A stretch of DNA of 63,918 nucleotides, counting the filler, from Octopus bimaculoides (taxonomy: Eukaryota): NCBI RefSeq assembly GCF_001194135.2. It is 5 parts of 5 records of this genome, joined end to end, with 100 filler letters (N's around TTAATTAATTAA, not from the genome) between each part and the next. Parts side by side here need not be neighbours in the genome. Positions count along the whole stretch, not along the records: positions 1 to 24,062 come from NC_068984.1; 4 more parts are not named here. The stretch is one strand, 5' to 3'. The first letter of the stretch is position 1. Each line of letters opens with the position of its first letter. The notes beneath the pieces were generated by a model, which worked only from the letters and a program-made list of their open reading frames with translations, was not told where the DNA came from and searched no databases. Below are positions 10,608 to 23,744 of this stretch, one piece after another. The position numbers were made by a program, and so were the translations under genes.

Positions 10608-11044
10608 GACCCGTTCGTACCTCGGAGTGAAATAGTTTTTTTCCACAGTTTTTTTTTTCGAGTGCGTTCAACGTATCTGTCCACCAAACGCGCTGCAAGT
10701 CACTTTTTACCGGAAAAGAAAGTGGGGGAGGAGTCAAAAAATCATTTCACAGCGAAATATCGGTGGGTCCTTTATCGCAAATAGCTGTTACGTGGTGGCA
10801 GGGCGTGCTAGAAACAGCAGCCAAATCTTTCCTTTTCCTTATCCTTGCCTAATCTATTGACTGTGCATCCATTCTTTGTCCCCTGCACCTACCTGTAGTT
10901 TACAAATTCTTTTATTCTTTTACTTGTCTCAGTCATGTGACTGCGGCCAAGCTGGAGCACTGCCTTAAATATGCAGATTTCATACAATGGTATTTGATGT
11001 CGTTTGTTTTATCTATAAAGAAATGTAAAATCTTCATATTGATC

Positions 11045-11070
11045 TCTCCTCTGTTTCTTTATTATTTCAG
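11045..11070 (+). promoter_or_regulatory. Splice acceptor preceding the ZNF-B coding exon
   Basis: Pyrimidine tract ctctcctctgtttctttattatttcag|attaacagat, conserved across the three paralogs. Confidence 0.72.
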
Positions 11071-11150
11071 ATTAACAGATAACGTTGACACAACAGGATT
11101 TATTTTTATATTGGATACATCTTCAGTATTTGTCATCTCTTGAAGACTAA

Positions 11151-11198
11151 ATGGAAATGGTACACCTGACAGATATAACCCTACTACTATTACTGTGA
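11151..11198 (+). other. Upstream ORF in the ZNF-B 5'UTR (MEMVHLTDITLLLLL*)
   Basis: In-frame ATGs at 11151 and 11157, TGA at 11196-11198. The DITL motif is in the same register from the second ATG as in the paralogs. Confidence 0.45.
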
Positions 11199-11372
11199 AA
11201 TATTTGCTCTGAACTGAGATAAAAAAAAAAACATTTCCCTACTTCATTGTCTGGTGCCTTTGCCTATTAATTAAACTTAAATACATTTTTGAAGGTGTTT
11301 GCAGCACCTTTTTTTATATTTGAATGAAAATCACAGCTGATAGTGGATTGGGTTTTTATATTCTTTGTAAAA

Positions 11373-12488
11373 ATGTCAAAAATGTTGAGAGATACATCAT
11401 ATCACTGTGAAATCTGTGGTAAATTTTTCTCTAAAGGTATTTCCTTAACAAGACACATACGTATTCATACAGGAGAGAAACCATTTCATTGTGATATCTG
11501 TGGTAAATCATTCTCTGAAAATAGTGTCTTAACTATACACAAACGTATTCATACAGGGGAGAAGCCATATCATTGTGAAATTTGTGATCAGTCATTCTCT
11601 CAACGTACCAACTTAAGTAGACACGAACGTTTTCATTCAGGAGAGAAACCATATCACTGTGATATCTGTGGTAAATCATTCTCTCGAAGTAGTGACTTAC
11701 ATAAACACACACGTATTCATACAGGAGAAAAACCTTTCCACTGCAATATGTGTGGTAAATCATTCTCTCAAAATAGTGTCTTAACTACTCACAAACGTAT
11801 TCATACAGGAGAAAGACCATATCACTGTGACATCTGCAGTAAATCATTCTCTGAAAGTGCTAAGTTAAGTAGACATAAACGTATTCATACAGGAGAGAAA
11901 CCATATCACTGTGATTTCTGTGGTAAATCATTCTCTGGAAGTAATGATTTAAGGAAACACATATGTATGCATACAGGAGAGAAACCATATCATTGTGATA
12001 TCTGTGGTAAATCATTCTCTCATAATACTGTTTTAACTAACCACAAGCGAATTCATACAGGAGAGAAGCCATATCACTGTGGTATCTGTGGTAAGTCATT
12101 CTCTGGAAATAGTGACTTAACTAAGCACATACGTATGCATACAGGTGAGAAACCATTTCGCTGCGATGTCTGTGGTAAATCATTCTCTGGAAGTAGTGAC
12201 TTAACTAGACACAAGCGAATTCATATAGGGGAGAAGCCATATTACTGTGATATCTGTAGTAAATCATTCTCTCAAAGGGCTAACCTAACCAAACACATAC
12301 GTATCCATACTGGAGAGAAACCATTTCACTGTGATATCTGTAGTAAATCATTCTCAGGAAGTGGTGACTTAATCAATCATAATCGTATTCATACAGGGGA
12401 GAAACCATATTTATGTGATATCTGTGGTAAATCATTTGCTCAAAAGTGCAACTTAACTTCTCATATATCCATCCATACAAAAGTGTGA
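11373..12488 (+). CDS. C2H2 zinc finger protein ZNF-B, 371 aa, 13 tandem fingers, no effector domain
   Basis: Intact ORF of canonical fingers with TGEKP linkers. First ATG at 11373 ([12 protein letters not shown]); the ORF-track start at 11343 is a GTG. Ends ...[10 protein letters not shown]. Confidence 0.93.
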   Translation: MSKMLRDTSYHCEICGKFFSKGISLTRHIRIHTGEKPFHCDICGKSFSENSVLTIHKRIHTGEKPYHCEICDQSFSQRTNLSRHERFHSGEKPYHCDICGKSFSRSSDLHKHTRIHTGEKPFHCNMCGKSFSQNSVLTTHKRIHTGERPYHCDICSKSFSESAKLSRHKRIHTGEKPYHCDFCGKSFSGSNDLRKHICMHTGEKPYHCDICGKSFSHNTVLTNHKRIHTGEKPYHCGICGKSFSGNSDLTKHIRMHTGEKPFRCDVCGKSFSGSSDLTRHKRIHIGEKPYYCDICSKSFSQRANLTKHIRIHTGEKPFHCDICSKSFSGSGDLINHNRIHTGEKPYLCDICGKSFAQKCNLTSHISIHTKV

Positions 12489-12889
12489 CTATCTTTGTCA
12501 GAATTGATTACTACTCAAAACGACAACAAACATTTCAAGATCATTTTCATTGCTAAGTCATGAATTAACCTTGCGGATTTAACAGTAATCAACGAACCCA
12601 GGACAAAATAGATACTCATGGTTTACTTGTTGATATATTCTTTTCCAGCCAGTTACCCTTCCTCAGTTTGCTTCTTTTAATTACCTCTTACACAAGATAC
12701 ATGTAATTTATTTGTAGACATGCTCTTTGTTAAAATACATTATATTTAAAAAATAACTTGTAAACTATAAATGTATTCATGCTGGAAAGAAGAGATAGCA
12801 AGGTGAAAACAAGCTGCTATTGCTATATTTTATATTACCACAGCTATATCTACATTGGTGACATGGTGTATTATTGTGATATTTTAAAA

Positions 12890-12895
12890 AATAAA
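12890..12895 (+). terminator. Probable polyadenylation signal of ZNF-B
   Basis: AATAAA followed by agcata, as in ZNF-A, at the end of the conserved 3'UTR block. Confidence 0.55.
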
Positions 12896-12924
12896 AGCAT
12901 ACTTGATATATATATTCCATAAAC

Positions 12925-13300
12925 CAGCATGGCTGTGTGGTAAGTAGCTTGCTTACTAACCACATGGTTCCGAGTTCAGTCCCACTGTGTGGTACCTTGG
13001 GCAAGTGTCTTCTATAGCCTTGGGCCAACCAAAGCCTCGTGGGTGGATTTGGTAGACAGAAACTGAAAGAAGCCCATCGTATATATATGTATATGTATGT
13101 GTCTGCCTGTGTTTGTCTCCCCCCCCCCATCACTTGACAACTGATGTTGGTGTGTTTACATTCCCGTAACTTAGAAGTTTGGCAAAAGAGACCAATAGGA
13201 TAAGTACTAGGCTTATAAAGAATAAGTCCTGGGGTTGATTTGTTCAACTAAAACCGGTGCTCCAGCATGGCCGCAGTCAAATGACTGAAACAAAAGAATA
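12925..13300 (+). mobile_element. SINE family 2 (head GGAGTGGCTGTGTGGTAAG, internal microsatellite, end actgaaacaagtaaaaga)
   Basis: Collinear with the copies at 20034-20425, 25440-25828 and 27819-28222. Confidence 0.85.
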
Positions 13301-14505
13301 CCATATTACTGGGACAGACGGAAGGCACTCTTGATTAATGTATGGGTAATTAGCTCTGAAATGTATTCTCAGAGATCAATAATAATACCGCTGTACAGTT
13401 GTTATGTTATCAATAAATAAATATAAAGTTGTGTATATATAAAAATATAATCTTACACTTGATTGTTCTTTGTGGTAAGAGAAATATCTTGCCTGTAATC
13501 CATATTTTTCTATTAAATGTATTTGAAAGAAATAAAATGTATTTTTTTAACTCATTTATTTGATTTTAATTATTTTACTTTTTCTTTTAAAAATAATCTT
13601 TAACATTCACATATTACTGATATTTTCATCCTGTAGTGAAGAATCTAGTGTCTCTTAACCATCATATATTAAATTAAGTTACTAACTTCACAGCAGGAGA
13701 AAGATGGGGAATATGTGCAAGTATCTGTACATATATACATGCAATTCTATATTTTAACTTGAATTTTATGGAAATCTATGTATGAATTTGTACTTTAACA
13801 TATATGATGTAATACGCATATGGTTGCACAAAAGAGAGAAAAAGGGAGAGTGAGTGAAGGGATGTATTGTCATGTTTACGTACATACATCCATACTTTAA
13901 TTCACCAAGAAGTAATAAATTACAGAACTCAATGTACAATTTTAGATTGTCCTTTAATATATTATAAATGAAAGATCTATCATTCCAGTCCTGCAAATTA
14001 CACATTTTGGATCATTGGATTAAAAATCTGAGCCTGTTTTGCCTTAAAATATCTGGTGTTTGAATATATTTTGCCATATATGAAAAAAAAAATAAAGGAA
14101 AATTGCTTATCTTTATTCATTTTAAAATACCTCATCAACAACTTGTGCAAAAGTGGCTATTTCAAGCCTACCTATGTCATTTGATTTTTGGCTGTCTTAG
14201 AATACTTCAGATATCAACTTCAGAGAAGCGAGTACACTCCTGTAAGTTTTCTTCTTCTTTTCTTAAACAACTGCAATGTTGTTTAAGTAAATGTTTGATA
14301 ACATTGTATATAGATAAGAAATGTTTACTCAGAGTTCAGTAATATCACTGTATAGTTGATATTAAAATTAAACAAAACGTGAAAGTAGATTTCATACAAT
14401 ATACTCTTACTTTACAAACTGATAAGAAACTCTTAGAGCTGAATAGCAAGTCTTCAGAGAAGAAAACCCCTCATGTGTTTTGGCCCTTAAATTTTACACT
14501 CTAAG

Positions 14506-14880
14506 TGGAGGCGCAATGGCCCAGTGGTTAGGGCAGCGGACTCGCGGTCATAAGATTGCGGTTTCGATTCCCAGACTGGGCGTTGTGAGTGTTTATTGAG
14601 CGAAAACACCTAAAAAAGCTCCACGAGGCTCCGACAGGGGATGGTGGCGAACCCAGCTGTATTCTTTCACCACAACTTTCTTCCTGTTTCTGTTGTGCCT
14701 GTAATTCAAAGGGTTAGCCTTGTCACACTGTGTCATACTGAATATCCCCTAGAACTACGTTAAGGGTACATGTGTCTGTGGAGTGCTCAGCCACTTGCAC
14801 GTTAATTTCACGAGCAGGCTGTTCCGTTGATTGGATCAACTGGAACCCTCGACGTCATAAGCGAAGGAGTGCCAACCAAG
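14506..14880 (+). mobile_element. tRNA-derived SINE, family 1
   Basis: Full copy with 13-bp TSD tttacactctaag at 14493-14505 and 14881-14893. Confidence 0.92.
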
Positions 14881-15129
14881 TTTACACTCTAAGGAGACTG
14901 GGCAACATCCAAGTCATGACCCCTTGAGGCTCTTCTGCTGACACTTTTTATCTATGTATTTAAAGCACTTGGAGATTTCATCTAGCTGCAACTCCGCTCA
15001 GTTGACTCAGCTTTCAATCTTATATAAGAAGAGATAATGTTGGTTGTCATGGTAGAGGTGAAACGACAGCACTATCACAATGTGTCACTCAGAGTTACTT
15101 CCCTTAGTGTTAAGATATAGAACTACTGC

Positions 15130-15520
15130 CTCCAAATGGCATGGAGGTTGTTCTTGTTTCTCCTCAGCTAGATCCGGCTGGAACACCTCTTTGCTTTAGG
15201 GCTTTGGTCCTATTCTTCCCAAATACTAAGACTTGTTTCATTAGATCAAAAGCAGATTTGCCCACAAAACCTCTGTGGTGAGAACTTTGACCCAAGATTT
15301 GGCTGGCTGTTGGTCAGACTGGCATATTTTTCAGTCTTGAACACATGTGCTTCTTCTATTCAACTTTTAAACTGCACAAAGTTCAATCAAAATCAGTTGC
15401 TTTGATGAAATGGAATGGAATATGATATCCTGCCTCAAGCTATTCTTCCTGATCATTTCTGGTTGTTTTGTTGGTCCTGGGAGGTCTACTGAGCACTCCC
15501 AGAAGACTCCATTCCTGTGC
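15130..15520 (-). mobile_element. Decayed RLE-endonuclease non-LTR retrotransposon 3' fragment (HERO/NeSL-like)
   Basis: Frameshifted WECSVDLP...RQDIIFHSISSKQLILIEL...EEAHVFKTEKYASL...RGFVGKS resembles the RPD..ELTVPWE..EEAH..K..KY..RGF pattern of RLE domains. Confidence 0.5.
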
Positions 15521-16204
15521 CCTGTATGGCATAGCTGTTTCTGGCTACAATTTACTGCTTCCTGCAATGTAAAATGATGGAGCATGTGTTCAGCAGCTCA
15601 ATAAGATCCAACAGGATGAAGGACTACTTTTTGTTCGAAAGATTTGGTTTCGGCATGGTTTGTAAGACTATTTATTCCCTTCCAATTGAGAGATTGTACT
15701 GAGTGACATTTTCAGGACATCTACATTTGGAAAATGATCACATGAGTAGCAAGAGTAAGAAGACACTGTAACTGGGTATGAGAATAACAGAGATAGATGT
15801 GGTTTTACGAAAGATGTGAAAATGCTGAAGTTTGATAGAAGAGACAGAAATAAGTTCATTGTTGTAAAGAATGTATATGGCTACAGAACATTTTAGAAGG
15901 ATGGTTTTGAAGAACTGGAAATGATGGGGGATCTAGAAGGAGAAGTCAAGATGGTGGTGAAGTGTCAGAGAGCATTTTGTATTAAGTGAAGAGAAGAGAG
16001 GTTCAAGAAATACAGGTGGATAAACATTGGAAATATGTCAGGGAAGAAATAGAAATGGTTGGAGATGGAGGTAAAGATGTAGTGTGGTATGAGCAAGAGT
16101 GATAAATAGATCGACAACAAATGTGAGGTGAATGAGGGGTGGCTGTCAATAGAAGTGGTTCAAAGGAGGTATTCATTGGCTCTGCAGAAAGGATAATGTC
16201 ATTG

Positions 16205-16535
16205 CCCAATGTTCGAAGATCATGCTTCACCACCTTGTCCTATGTTTTCCTGGATCTACCTCTACCACAGGTTCCCTCCACAATTACAGGTTGGCACTTC
16301 TTTACACAACTGTTCTCGTCCATACGTATCACATGACCATACCAGCTTAGTCATCTCTCTTGCACAGCACTCCAGTAACCTTGTTCCCTCTTTGTTTTGG
16401 GGACCAATTCCCTGGCCCCCATGTACACCATGGAAGATACCAGGCTGCTGTCCGACATGCCCATTGAAATCTCCTACCATGAAGATGAGATCTTTGTCAC
16501 TTGTCTTTTAGGTAGCCTGCAGGATATCATAAAAG
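16205..16535 (-). mobile_element. Internally deleted RTE LINE (APE endonuclease piece fused to ORF C-terminus)
   Basis: MVGDFNGHVGQQPGIFHGVHGG...LLEC is joined directly to WYGHVIRMDENSCVKKC..VEGTCGRGRSRKT*DKVVKHDLRTLG. Confidence 0.75.
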
Positions 16536-16628
16536 TAGTCCTACTGTTAATTTGGTAGGCCCGCTTTTGGGGCATAGACAGAGATAATTATATATATATA
16601 TATATATATAATATATATACACACACAC

Positions 16629-16844
16629 ACGAGTGGGGGTGCAGAAAAGTTCCCGGCTTTGGGTAAAAGAAAATACAGGAGGATCAGTTAATTATGATTT
16701 TATTCAACATATTCCCAGCTCAGATTCACACACTTATTGCACCAGTCCTTCAGTTTACTAAGCACTGTGAAAAACTCAGGTCAGGCCTACAACCAGGCCT
16801 TTCACAATACCCTTAAAGCCAGGAACTTTTAAGCACCCCCTTGT
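16629..16844. mobile_element. Mariner-derived MITE
   Basis: Imperfect TIRs gggggtgcagaaaagttcccggcttt / aaagccaggaacttttaagcaccccc around a non-coding core of about 150 bp. Confidence 0.7.
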
Positions 16845-17071
16845 GTCTGTGTATACACACACACACACAAATATATATTATGTCTATACATATATATGCT
16901 ACTTATATACATCTTTACATATACATACATATATAATTATTTATATACATATATATGGACAAAACTAGATTAAAATATCACCAATATATGAACATTATAG
17001 ACTATTATTAAAAGAAAAAAACTTGAAGAAATAAAATTTAACTAAATTTCTTTCATATATTTTTAAAAGAG

Positions 17072-17407
17072 TGTAGTAACGCCGTGCGCATGCGTAGTCT
17101 CACGCATGCGTGGAATTCAACATCCAAGCTTTCCCACTTCATTCTGTCTCTTTCTTGCTGGCCAGCGATTGAGCATGGACGTGTCTAGCTGTCTTCTCTC
17201 CATCTTTCGAACTCACGCCAGACAGCTCACATCAACATACCGATGTCTCAGCAACCATGTTCTCACACACAGAAGACGTCTCAACAACCAAGAGTAAAGC
17301 TGTATATATTCCACCATGAATAAATATTGTTGAGTTGATAGTTTGGAGTTCTGCGTTCCGTTCATTCTAATTTAATATAGGAAATGGTGTATAACCAATT
17401 TCCTACA
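17072..17407 (+). mobile_element. Solo LTR (336 bp) of an LTR retrotransposon, Gypsy-like by TSD length
   Basis: Termini TGTAG...CTACA, 4-bp TSD AGAG at 17068-17071 and 17408-17411, internal AATAAA near 17319. Confidence 0.75.
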
Positions 17408-17479
17408 AGAGTAATAATATAAGGAGGATTGGCAAGATGATTCTCTGTCTTACCATAGAGAAGCACAATTAACTGCAGG

Positions 17480-17535
<56 letters not shown>

Positions 17536-17765
17536 TATATATACTACCAGGTAATAGGTATTTATAAATCCAGGCAGATATCTTGTAAACACTTGGTTGC
17601 TATGCAAACTTGGCTGTGTCAAACTACTGGAGACATGATAAATCCAAATAGAGTTAATATCCTTGGCAACACTTCCAGTGCGATAAGTAAATCCAAAGTT
17701 CACTTAAAAGAATTTTTAAAAATTCCAAAATATATTACAAGACAAATACAAGAATAAAGAACACG

Positions 17766-18354
17766 AAAAAGTGCCACACCCTAACATGCGTGAAAAAGTG
17801 CCACACCCTAACAGTTGAGGGAACCCGTGGAAGAGGTAGGCCCAGGAAGACCTGGGCTGAGGTGGTGAGGCAAGACCTTCGTACATTGGGCCTCACCGAG
17901 GCGATGACTACGGACCGAGACCTTTGGAAATGGGCTGTGCGTGAGAAGACCCGGCAAGCCAAGTAAGATCGTTGCCAGTGCCCCTGGACTGGTTCTTGTG
18001 CGGGTGGCACATGAGATGCACCATTTNNNNNNNNNNNNNNNNNNNNNNNNNNNNNNNNNNNNNNNNNNNNNNNNNNNNNNNNNNNNNNNNNNNNNNNNNN
18101 NNNNNNNNNNNNNNNNNNNNNNNNNNNNNNNNGACACCATTTCGAGCGTGGCCGTTTTCGTGCGGGTGACACGTAAAAGCACCCACTACACTCTCTGAGT
18201 GGTTGGCGTTAGGAAGGGCATCCAGCTGTAGAAACTCTGCCAAATCAGACTGGAGCCTGGTGTTGCCATCCGGTTTCACCAGTCCTCAGTCAAATCGTCC
18301 AACCCATGCTAGCATGGAAAGCGGACGTTAAACGATGATGATGATGATGATGAT
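17766..18354 (+). mobile_element. 5'-truncated young RTE LINE (ORF end, 3'UTR and (GAT)n tail), spanning a gap
   Basis: KKCHTLTVEGTRGRGRPRKTWAEVVRQDLRTLGLTEAMTTDRDLWKWAVREKTRQAK*, then a 3'UTR ending ggacgttaaac(gat)n. Confidence 0.85.
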
Positions 18355-18674
18355 CTTTAATTCAGGATAACATTATACAAAGGTCAACATGTGTTTCTAT
18401 TACATAAGCATTTTTTGATATAACAAATAGTACATATACAAATAGGTCCAAATTGGATAGGTTGTTTAGTCAAATATAATACAAAATTCTGCAAACATAA
18501 TGTTTGCAAGGCAACCCACACAGGCATGAATCTCATGAGAACTGAGAATTTATCAACAATATAGCAAAACCACTGAAATCAAGGAGAAGGAATGCACAAA
18601 GATACAAAGCTAAGATGAAATATATGCTAAGGAAAGCCTAATTGGTATTTAAACTTAAGCCAACCCAGTAGGCA

Positions 18675-19300
18675 TCATCATCATCCTTTAATGTGTTTTC
18701 CATGCTGGTATGGGTTGAATGGTTTGACCAGAGCTGGCAAGCAGGAGAGCAGCACCAGGTTCCAGTCTGATTTGGTTTGGTTTTTATGGCTATATGCCAT
18801 CTTTTGGAGGCGCAATAGCCCAGTGGTTAGGGCAGCGGACTCACGGTCATAGGATCGCGGTTTCGATTCCCAGACCGGGTGTTGTAAGTGGTTATTGAGC
18901 GAAAACACCTAAAGCTCCACGAGGCTCCGGCAGGGGATGGTGGTGAACCCTGCTGTACTCTTTCACCACAACTTTCTCTCACTTTTACTTCCTGTTTCTG
19001 TTGTGCCTGTAATTCAAAGGGTCAGCCTTGTCACACTGTGTCACGCTGAATATCCCCGAGAACTACGTTAAGGGTACACGTGTCTGTGGAGTGCTCAGCC
19101 ACTTGCACTTTAATTTCACGAGCAGGTTGTTCCATTGATCGGATCAATTGGAACCCTCGACATCGTAAGCGACGGAGTGCCAACAACATGCCATCTTTAA
19201 TACCAACCACTTTAGTGTGTGCTGGGTGCTTTTAATGTGGCACCAGATGAGCACTTCCAAGTGACACTGGCATAAGTACTTTTTATGTGGCACTGGCACA
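18675..19300 (-). mobile_element. Decayed RTE-type 3'-end repeat, split by a family-1 SINE
   Basis: (cat)n-ctttaatgtgttttccatgctgg on the left, resuming accaaccac...gggtgcttttaatgtggcacc after 19198. Confidence 0.6.
18805..19187 (+). mobile_element. tRNA-derived SINE, family 1
   Basis: Full copy with 11-bp TSD atgccatcttt at 18794-18804 and 19188-19198. Confidence 0.92.
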
Positions 19301-20010
19301 CAACTCTTGCAGGCCAATCCTTTTTAGCAGAAGTGGCCTTAACATTTCTACTGTGGCGGATGAAAAATGCAGAAAGAGTACCTCAATACACGTGGGTAGC
19401 TGGTTACTTAGGTTTAGCTAGAAATAAATTTAAAAGATCACTGAAACCAATAAAGTGATATAAAGCAATATTTTTTAAGATGAGACAAAACAAATATGAT
19501 AAGTCAAGAAAATAAAATTAAATATATCCTACAGGAAGTAAATAGACATATTCATAAATAAAAAATAGTAATGGGTACAAAATCAATAATAGGAAGGCTA
19601 AAATCAAGGATTGAGAAGTAGAAGGAAGAATTCAAAGAAAAATAAAAAGAAGAAAGTTGAAAGCAAAAAATAAATAAACCAAGAAGCAGAAGTAAAACAT
19701 AACAGAATGCTAGTCTTGCATTAGAAAAAACACAATTAAGGATAACAAGGGTCAGTAATTAGAAATTCAAGAAATTATCCTTATAAATGTACCCCCATTT
19801 AATTAAACAATAAGTTAGTACAAAGAGGGTGCTATTTAATAGTGAAATATTTGAAGGTTCTTCTGTACCTATACAAGCAGTTCATTGTATGAACTAATCC
19901 TCTATTTTGGAGGCCTGCATTTTGAAAGGTTGTTTTTCTCATCTCCACCCTAAAGTGTTTTAAAATCAGTTAGAATCAATTGTTTTAACTTAGGTGTCTT
20001 TGAAAAATTA

Positions 20011-20425
20011 GCAGGAGTGGCTGTGTGGTAAGTATAGGCGCAGGAGTGGCTGTGTGGTAAGTAGCTTGCTTACCAACCACATGGTTCCGGGTTCAGTCCC
20101 ACTGCATGGCACCCTGGGCAAGTGTCTTCTACTATAGCCTCAGGCCGAACAAAGCCTTGTGAGTGGATTTGGTAGACGGAAACTGAAAGAAGCCTGTCGT
20201 ATATATGTATATGTATGTGTATGTTTCTGTGTCTGTGTTTGTCCCCCCAACATCGCTTGACAACTGATGCTGGTGTGTTTACGTCCCCGTAACTTAGTGG
20301 TTCAGCAAAAGGGACCGATAGAATAAGTACTAGGCTTACAAAGAATAAGTCCTGGGGTCGATTTGCTCGACTAAAGGCGGTGCTCCAGCATGGCTGCAGT
20401 CAAATGACTGAAACAAGTAAAAGAG
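20011..20425 (+). mobile_element. SINE family 2, full length, with duplicated 5' head
   Basis: gcaggagtggctgtgtggtaagta occurs twice (20011 and 20040); the body is collinear with other copies. Confidence 0.88.
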
Positions 20426-21061
20426 TCAAAATTTTTTTAAAAACACAACCAAAAACTTAAGCTCTGGGGGAACAATTTTCCAAGAATTCAAAGTTTTAGC
20501 AGCTCTCACTCTATGAGTATGTTCAAAACACTCCGTTAACTCCACTCTGATGGTAGACTTGTCACCCAAACATACAAAACCCATTTGGTTAGAAGTGTCT
20601 TTCATCCTTTATGGATGGGGTGGGGTGGGGGGTTAACAAGGCAAAGTAATCAAAAGTCTGGAAAATATTTAAAATATCACAATATATTATTACACCAATG
20701 TAGATACAACTTTGGTGATGTAAAATATGGTGATAGCAGTATATTGTCACACAGTTATATCTTCTTTCCTGTGTGAATACATTTATGAGTTAGACAAGTT
20801 ATTTCTTACATACAATAAATTTTAACAAACAGCAAGTGTGCAGGTAAACAGGTAAAATGTGTATCTCAGGTAAGAAACCATTAAAAGAGTTGACACAGGA
20901 AAGGACACCTGGCTTAAAAGAAACATCCAGAGTATGATTATTGTCACAGATTCAAGGATTACTCTTAAGTTCACAAAGTTAATCTATGATTTAAGATGGA
21001 AAATGGTCTTAAAATGTTGAAGGTTTGCTGTGCATTTTAATGTATTTTGACACTCATACAA

Positions 21062-22749
<1,688 letters not shown>

Positions 22750-23064
22750 CTTTTTCAAGAGATAAAAACAGATTGAACCAGTGAAGCTTTTTTTCTTTAT
22801 TGAAGTTTTCCTTTATATCTTTCTTTCTCTTTCTTCAAGTTATAGCTTATTCCTTACGGATATTTTCAGAGTTATCAACTGTGATCTTCTGTGAAATCTA
22901 AAGTTGTTGCAAACTCATTTATGAATCCATTAAAGTTTAATAAGAATGAAAATATATCAGACAATGAGATAAAGAAATACTGCTATTTATCTCAATTCGA
23001 AGCAAATATTTCAGTGTTCGACCCATGCCAGCTTGGAAAACAGACATTAATAATGATGATGATC

Positions 23065-23100
23065 CTATAGGAACAGGGTTATATCTTTTCTGTAAAACAT
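23065..23100 (-). other. Upstream ORF in the ZNF-C 5'UTR (MFYRKDITLFL*)
   Basis: ATG at 23100, TAG at 23067-23065. Same length and register as the ZNF-A uORF. Confidence 0.5.
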
Positions 23101-23157
23101 TTTCCTTTTGTCTTTAAAAGACAATAAACATTAAAGAGGTATCCAATGTAAAGAAAT

Positions 23158-23182
23158 CTGAAATGATAAAGAAACATAAGAT
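23158..23182 (-). promoter_or_regulatory. Splice acceptor preceding the ZNF-C coding exon
   Basis: gtttctttatcatttcag|att, homologous to the ZNF-A and ZNF-B acceptors. Confidence 0.68.
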
Positions 23183-23744
23183 ATGAATGAAAGACAAACA
23201 GAGAAATTTTACATTTCTATATTAATAACAAATTACATTGTATGAAATCTAAATGTTTGTAAATTACAGCAACACCTTCACATTGTATAACATTACATAC
23301 ACTTTAATCTAAAGACTAGTGGGCAATAACATTCTTCTCTTCTTAGAAACACCATTTTTCATTGTTGCTTAGCCCCCGATCAGCCTTGAGTGAACATACT
23401 TATGATCAAAGACTATCTTGTCTTTCCTTCTGAAATTATATATTTAGTATTACATCAACAGATATAGTATTCAATTTATAAGACTGAAAGTTGAAATGAA
23501 AATGGGAAATGGCTGCTGTTTCTAGCAGATAAAGCAAGGATATTGTGGCTTTCTTGTTTAGCCCCAGGTCAACCTTCACTGAGCACACTCATGATGAATG
23601 CATACATATACATTTAAGTACATCTTTATCAGATACACTTGTGCACGTTTGCATTTATGTCTACACACATGTGTATCCACGTATTTATATATTTGTTTGT
23701 GCACATTTATGTGTATATATCTATATGGTGTTTATGTCTCTCTG

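Noticed and set aside
11533-11763. Antisense ORFs over the ZNF genes (also 21777-22172, 22557-22784)
   Set aside because: Shadow frames of the 84-bp finger repeat.
14506-14585. tRNA-like sequences with A and B boxes
   Set aside because: They are SINE heads that continue into SINE bodies with TSDs and lack a complete cloverleaf.
18027-18132. Extra sequence inside the RTE 3'UTR
   Set aside because: Both gap edges carry caccattt, and the sister copy at 46790-47065 is contiguous there, so the gap is probably spurious.
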